From Acidimicrobiales bacterium (GTDB taxonomy: Bacteria; Actinomycetota; Acidimicrobiia; Acidimicrobiales; QHCF01), in the NCBI GenBank assembly GCA_036806345.1, contig DAIROT010000004.1:1-53496 (forward strand): 53,496 nt of DNA, read 5' to 3'. The position numbers and the translations under genes were made by a program. The notes under the pieces are model-generated. The model did not search any database. It was not told the DNA's origin and worked only from the letters and a program-made list of their open reading frames with translations. This document shows, piece after piece, positions 51,309 through 53,496 of the stretch (position 1 is its first letter; every line of letters begins with the position of its first letter).

Positions 51309-52127
51309 TCAGTCGTACTTCTCGCAGCGGATGGCACCTGGGTCTACGCCCAGATCCACCAGCCAGTTGCCGGTAGCTTCGACCATCAGGGGCGGCCCGC
51401 ACAGGTAGACCCATCGGGGGAACTGCCCATCGAGGGCTTCGGCCAGCATGGCTCGGTCGACCCGGCGGTGGTGACCAGCGCGAAGGTCATCAGGATCTCG
51501 GGTAAAGCTCTGGACCACCTCGAGCCACCCGCACGAGTCAGCCAGGCGGGCCAGATCCTCCCGGTAGAGCGCGGACTCGAAGTTGACCGACGAGCACACC
51601 AGGCGCATGGGGATGGTCAGGGCGGATGCGGCGGCGTAGCGGACGATGGACACCAGTGGGACAACGCCGCTGCCGGCGCCCACCAATAGCAGGGGACCGC
51701 CGTCGGCCTCGGTCCAGGTAAACCGTCCGGCCGGCCCGCGAACGTCGACCCGGTCACCGCTTGACAAGCCCCGGACGAGGCGGGGTGAGACGAGCCCATC
51801 GGGGATCTCCCGGATTCCCAGGTCGATCACCGAAGCGTCAGGAAAAGGCGACGAGGAGACCGAGTAGGACCGCTGTACCGGTCGGGTTCGCCCCGCTGCG
51901 GCCAGCCGCACGTTGTAGTACTGGCCGGGCAGAAATTCGGTCGGCTCAGGCAAGCGCAGTCGCAGGGTCACCGCATCGGGTGTCTGGTCAATGACCTCGA
52001 TGACCTCCCCAGGTTGCCAATGGGGCCGCGTCAAGGTGGTCTCCCGTCCGCTGTTCCCTGGCGCGCTCAGATCAGACAGGCCTGTAATCATCGAACCGGC
52101 GGAGGCATCCACGCTCCAATCGTACAT
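51309..52127 (-). CDS. Ferredoxin-reductase-type FAD/NAD(P)-binding oxidoreductase
   Basis: RSYSVSS (RxYS FAD motif) and LLLVGAGSGVVP (NAD(P) glycine loop). C-terminal ...YLCGPPLM. Confidence 0.75.
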   Translation of the reverse strand: MYDWSVDASAGSMITGLSDLSAPGNSGRETTLTRPHWQPGEVIEVIDQTPDAVTLRLRLPEPTEFLPGQYYNVRLAAAGRTRPVQRSYSVSSSPFPDASVIDLGIREIPDGLVSPRLVRGLSSGDRVDVRGPAGRFTWTEADGGPLLLVGAGSGVVPLVSIVRYAAASALTIPMRLVCSSVNFESALYREDLARLADSCGWLEVVQSFTRDPDDLRAGHHRRVDRAMLAEALDGQFPRWVYLCGPPLMVEATGNWLVDLGVDPGAIRCEKYD

Positions 52128-52155
52128 CTAGTAGCCACTAGAAGAACTAGGTTCC

Positions 52156-52452
52156 TCAGACTTGTCCACCCGTGGCGGACAGCCGTCGATCTTCGGCGAG
52201 CAAGTTGAGCACCTCGCCAATGGTCCGCTCTCGCGTCACCGTCTCCCGTAGGGGTAGGTGCCCCTGGATCTTGCACCGGTTGCGGCGGCCATCCTTCTCC
52301 TTCACGACATAACCGGCCTCCGTCAGGTCCACAACGATCTCATAGGCGGTGCGCTCGGATGAACTACGATGACTCAAACTCAACAGGCTTCCAGAGGCGT
52401 CGATCAGCATGTCTCGGGAACATCTCGTGGCGAGGATTGGGAGGGGCGCCAC
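52156..52452 (-). CDS. Winged-helix DNA-binding protein (MarR/ArsR-like)
   Basis: ...SERTAYEIVVDLTEAGYVVKEKDGRRNRCKI recognition helix plus wing. The start is uncertain (GTG 52452 or ATG 52410). The ORF-track extension to 52737 is not credible. Confidence 0.55.
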   Translation of the reverse strand: MAPLPILATRCSRDMLIDASGSLLSLSHRSSSERTAYEIVVDLTEAGYVVKEKDGRRNRCKIQGHLPLRETVTRERTIGEVLNLLAEDRRLSATGGQV

Positions 52453-52663
52453 AGGGAGGCTGGCGGTATCGATATGGGAACGGAGGGCGGTGCCGCATGG
52501 GACATCTCCGACGAGCGCGACGTGACCAGCATCAACCTGCTGCCGAAGACACAGGCTGGATCGCCATCTGCCGCCAATCAGCGGTACCTGGCGCGATCTC
52601 CCGGGTCGGCAGGGCCGTACGGGAGGGTTCCGTGAACCCAGGCCAAGACCAAGGAGTCCCGAC

Positions 52664-53496
52664 ATGACGAGACAACAGCCATTCGTGATCATCGGCGGCG
52701 GCCTGGCCGGTGCCAAGGCAGCCGAGGCCATCCGCAAGGAGGGCTTTCACGGCCAGGTGGTCCTGGTCAGCGAGGAGGCGGAGCGTCCCTACGACCGTCC
52801 GCCCCTATCCAAGGACTACCTGCTTGGGAAGTCAGAGAGGGAGAAGGTCTTCGTCCATCCAGAGGAGTGGTACTCGGAGCACGATGTCGACCTGAGACTG
52901 CACACCCGGGCCACCGCTGTCGACCGGGCTACCCATGAGGTGGTCATGGAGAACAGCCAGCGCCTCGGCTACGACAAGCTGCTGCTGGCTACCGGCTCCT
53001 CACCCCGCCACTTGGCGGTGCCCGGCCACGACCTCGGGGGAGTTCTCTACCTGCGCGGACTGAAGGACTGCGAGGTGATCAAGGCCGCATTCGCCGCCGC
53101 CCAGCGAGTCTGCATCATCGGGGCCGGCTGGATCGGGTTGGAGACAGCAGTGGCGGCCCGGGCTGCCGGTGCCGAGGTGACGGTGGTCGAGATGGCTGAG
53201 TTGCCCCTGTTGGCGGTTCTCGGCCGCGAGGTGGCCGAGATCTATGCCTCTTTGCACCGAGAGCACGGGGTCGACTTGCGTCTGGGGGCCAAGGTCGCCG
53301 AGATTACCGGCGCCGACGGCCGGGCCACCGGAGTCCGCCTGGCTGATAACGCCGTGATAGGCGCCGACGTGGTGGTGGTAGGCGTCGGCATCGTCCCCAA
53401 CGCCGGCTTGGCCGAGGCGGCCGGGTTGGCAGTGGATGACGGGATTGTCGTCGACGAGAACCTGCACACTACTGACCCCGACATCTTTGCGGCGGG
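52664..53496 (+). CDS. FAD-dependent ferredoxin/rubredoxin--NAD(P)+ reductase (pyridine nucleotide-disulfide oxidoreductase family), 3'-truncated by window end
   Basis: Absent from the ORF track because it has no stop in the window. The ATG at 52664 is preceded by AAGGAG. My translation: MTRQQPFVIIGGGLAGAKAAE (FAD GxGxxG) ...RPPLSKDYL... VCIIGAGWIGLETA (NAD GxGxxG) ...TTDPDIFAAG. Confidence 0.85.
   Translation, partial: MTRQQPFVIIGGGLAGAKAAEAIRKEGFHGQVVLVSEEAERPYDRPPLSKDYLLGKSEREKVFVHPEEWYSEHDVDLRLHTRATAVDRATHEVVMENSQRLGYDKLLLATGSSPRHLAVPGHDLGGVLYLRGLKDCEVIKAAFAAAQRVCIIGAGWIGLETAVAARAAGAEVTVVEMAELPLLAVLGREVAEIYASLHREHGVDLRLGAKVAEITGADGRATGVRLADNAVIGADVVVVGVGIVPNAGLAEAAGLAVDDGIVVDENLHTTDPDIFAA

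Noticed and set aside
52453-52737. Upstream 95 codons of the 193-aa ORF containing the HTH protein
   Set aside because: The extension is Pro/Arg/Gly/Leu low complexity and overlaps the SD and start of the divergent ferredoxin-reductase gene. Only the C-terminal roughly 85-98 residues resemble a winged-helix protein.

Overview
High-G+C, actinobacterial-type chromosomal window (SepF and DivIVA present, no ftsA). No rRNA, tRNA, CRISPR array, transposase or integrase was recognised. A co-directional minus-strand array of about 26.6 kb (33351 down to 6759) dominates. It holds a full division/cell-wall (dcw) cluster, mraZ-rsmH-ftsL-ftsI-murE-mraY-murD-ftsW-murG-murC-murB-ftsQ-ftsZ, with murB included and murF absent. 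The array continues with pgeF-yggS-sepF-yggT-divIVA, an orphan 717-aa membrane-anchored repeat protein, a ferritin-like protein, a PIG-L deacetylase and wecA-asnB-GT4. The left edge (1-6750) is a visibly lower-G+C glycan-modification island: flippase, NodU-type carbamoyltransferase, GT4, FkbM methyltransferase and an SDR epimerase/dehydratase. Right of mraZ lie ybjQ, a ROK kinase/small ORF/HNH nuclease/lipoate-ligase-like operon, a MoxR-DUF58-transglutaminase module, DUF3040, dinB, a Fur-family regulator, pxpABC, a second PIG-L deacetylase and ltaE. The window ends with a PRC-barrel protein, a three-gene CxxC-protein/cupin/ArsR operon, two flavin reductases and an HTH regulator. Four observations are the least explained. 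(1) The 717-aa divIVA-adjacent protein is built from six RRSxLGSRRR repeats, two duplicated helix-extended-helix-like modules and a basic tail containing a perfect 15-bp microsatellite. (2) A 32-nt perfect repeat carrying an SD-like GGAG sits directly in front of yggT and divIVA, and a 20-nt version sits in front of the transglutaminase gene. (3) In-frame 15-27-bp tandem repeats cluster at the termini of divisome and peptidoglycan-synthesis genes. (4) Start/stop overlaps run unbroken from rsmH to ftsQ. All functional calls come from motif recognition by eye in the supplied translations. No database search was run.
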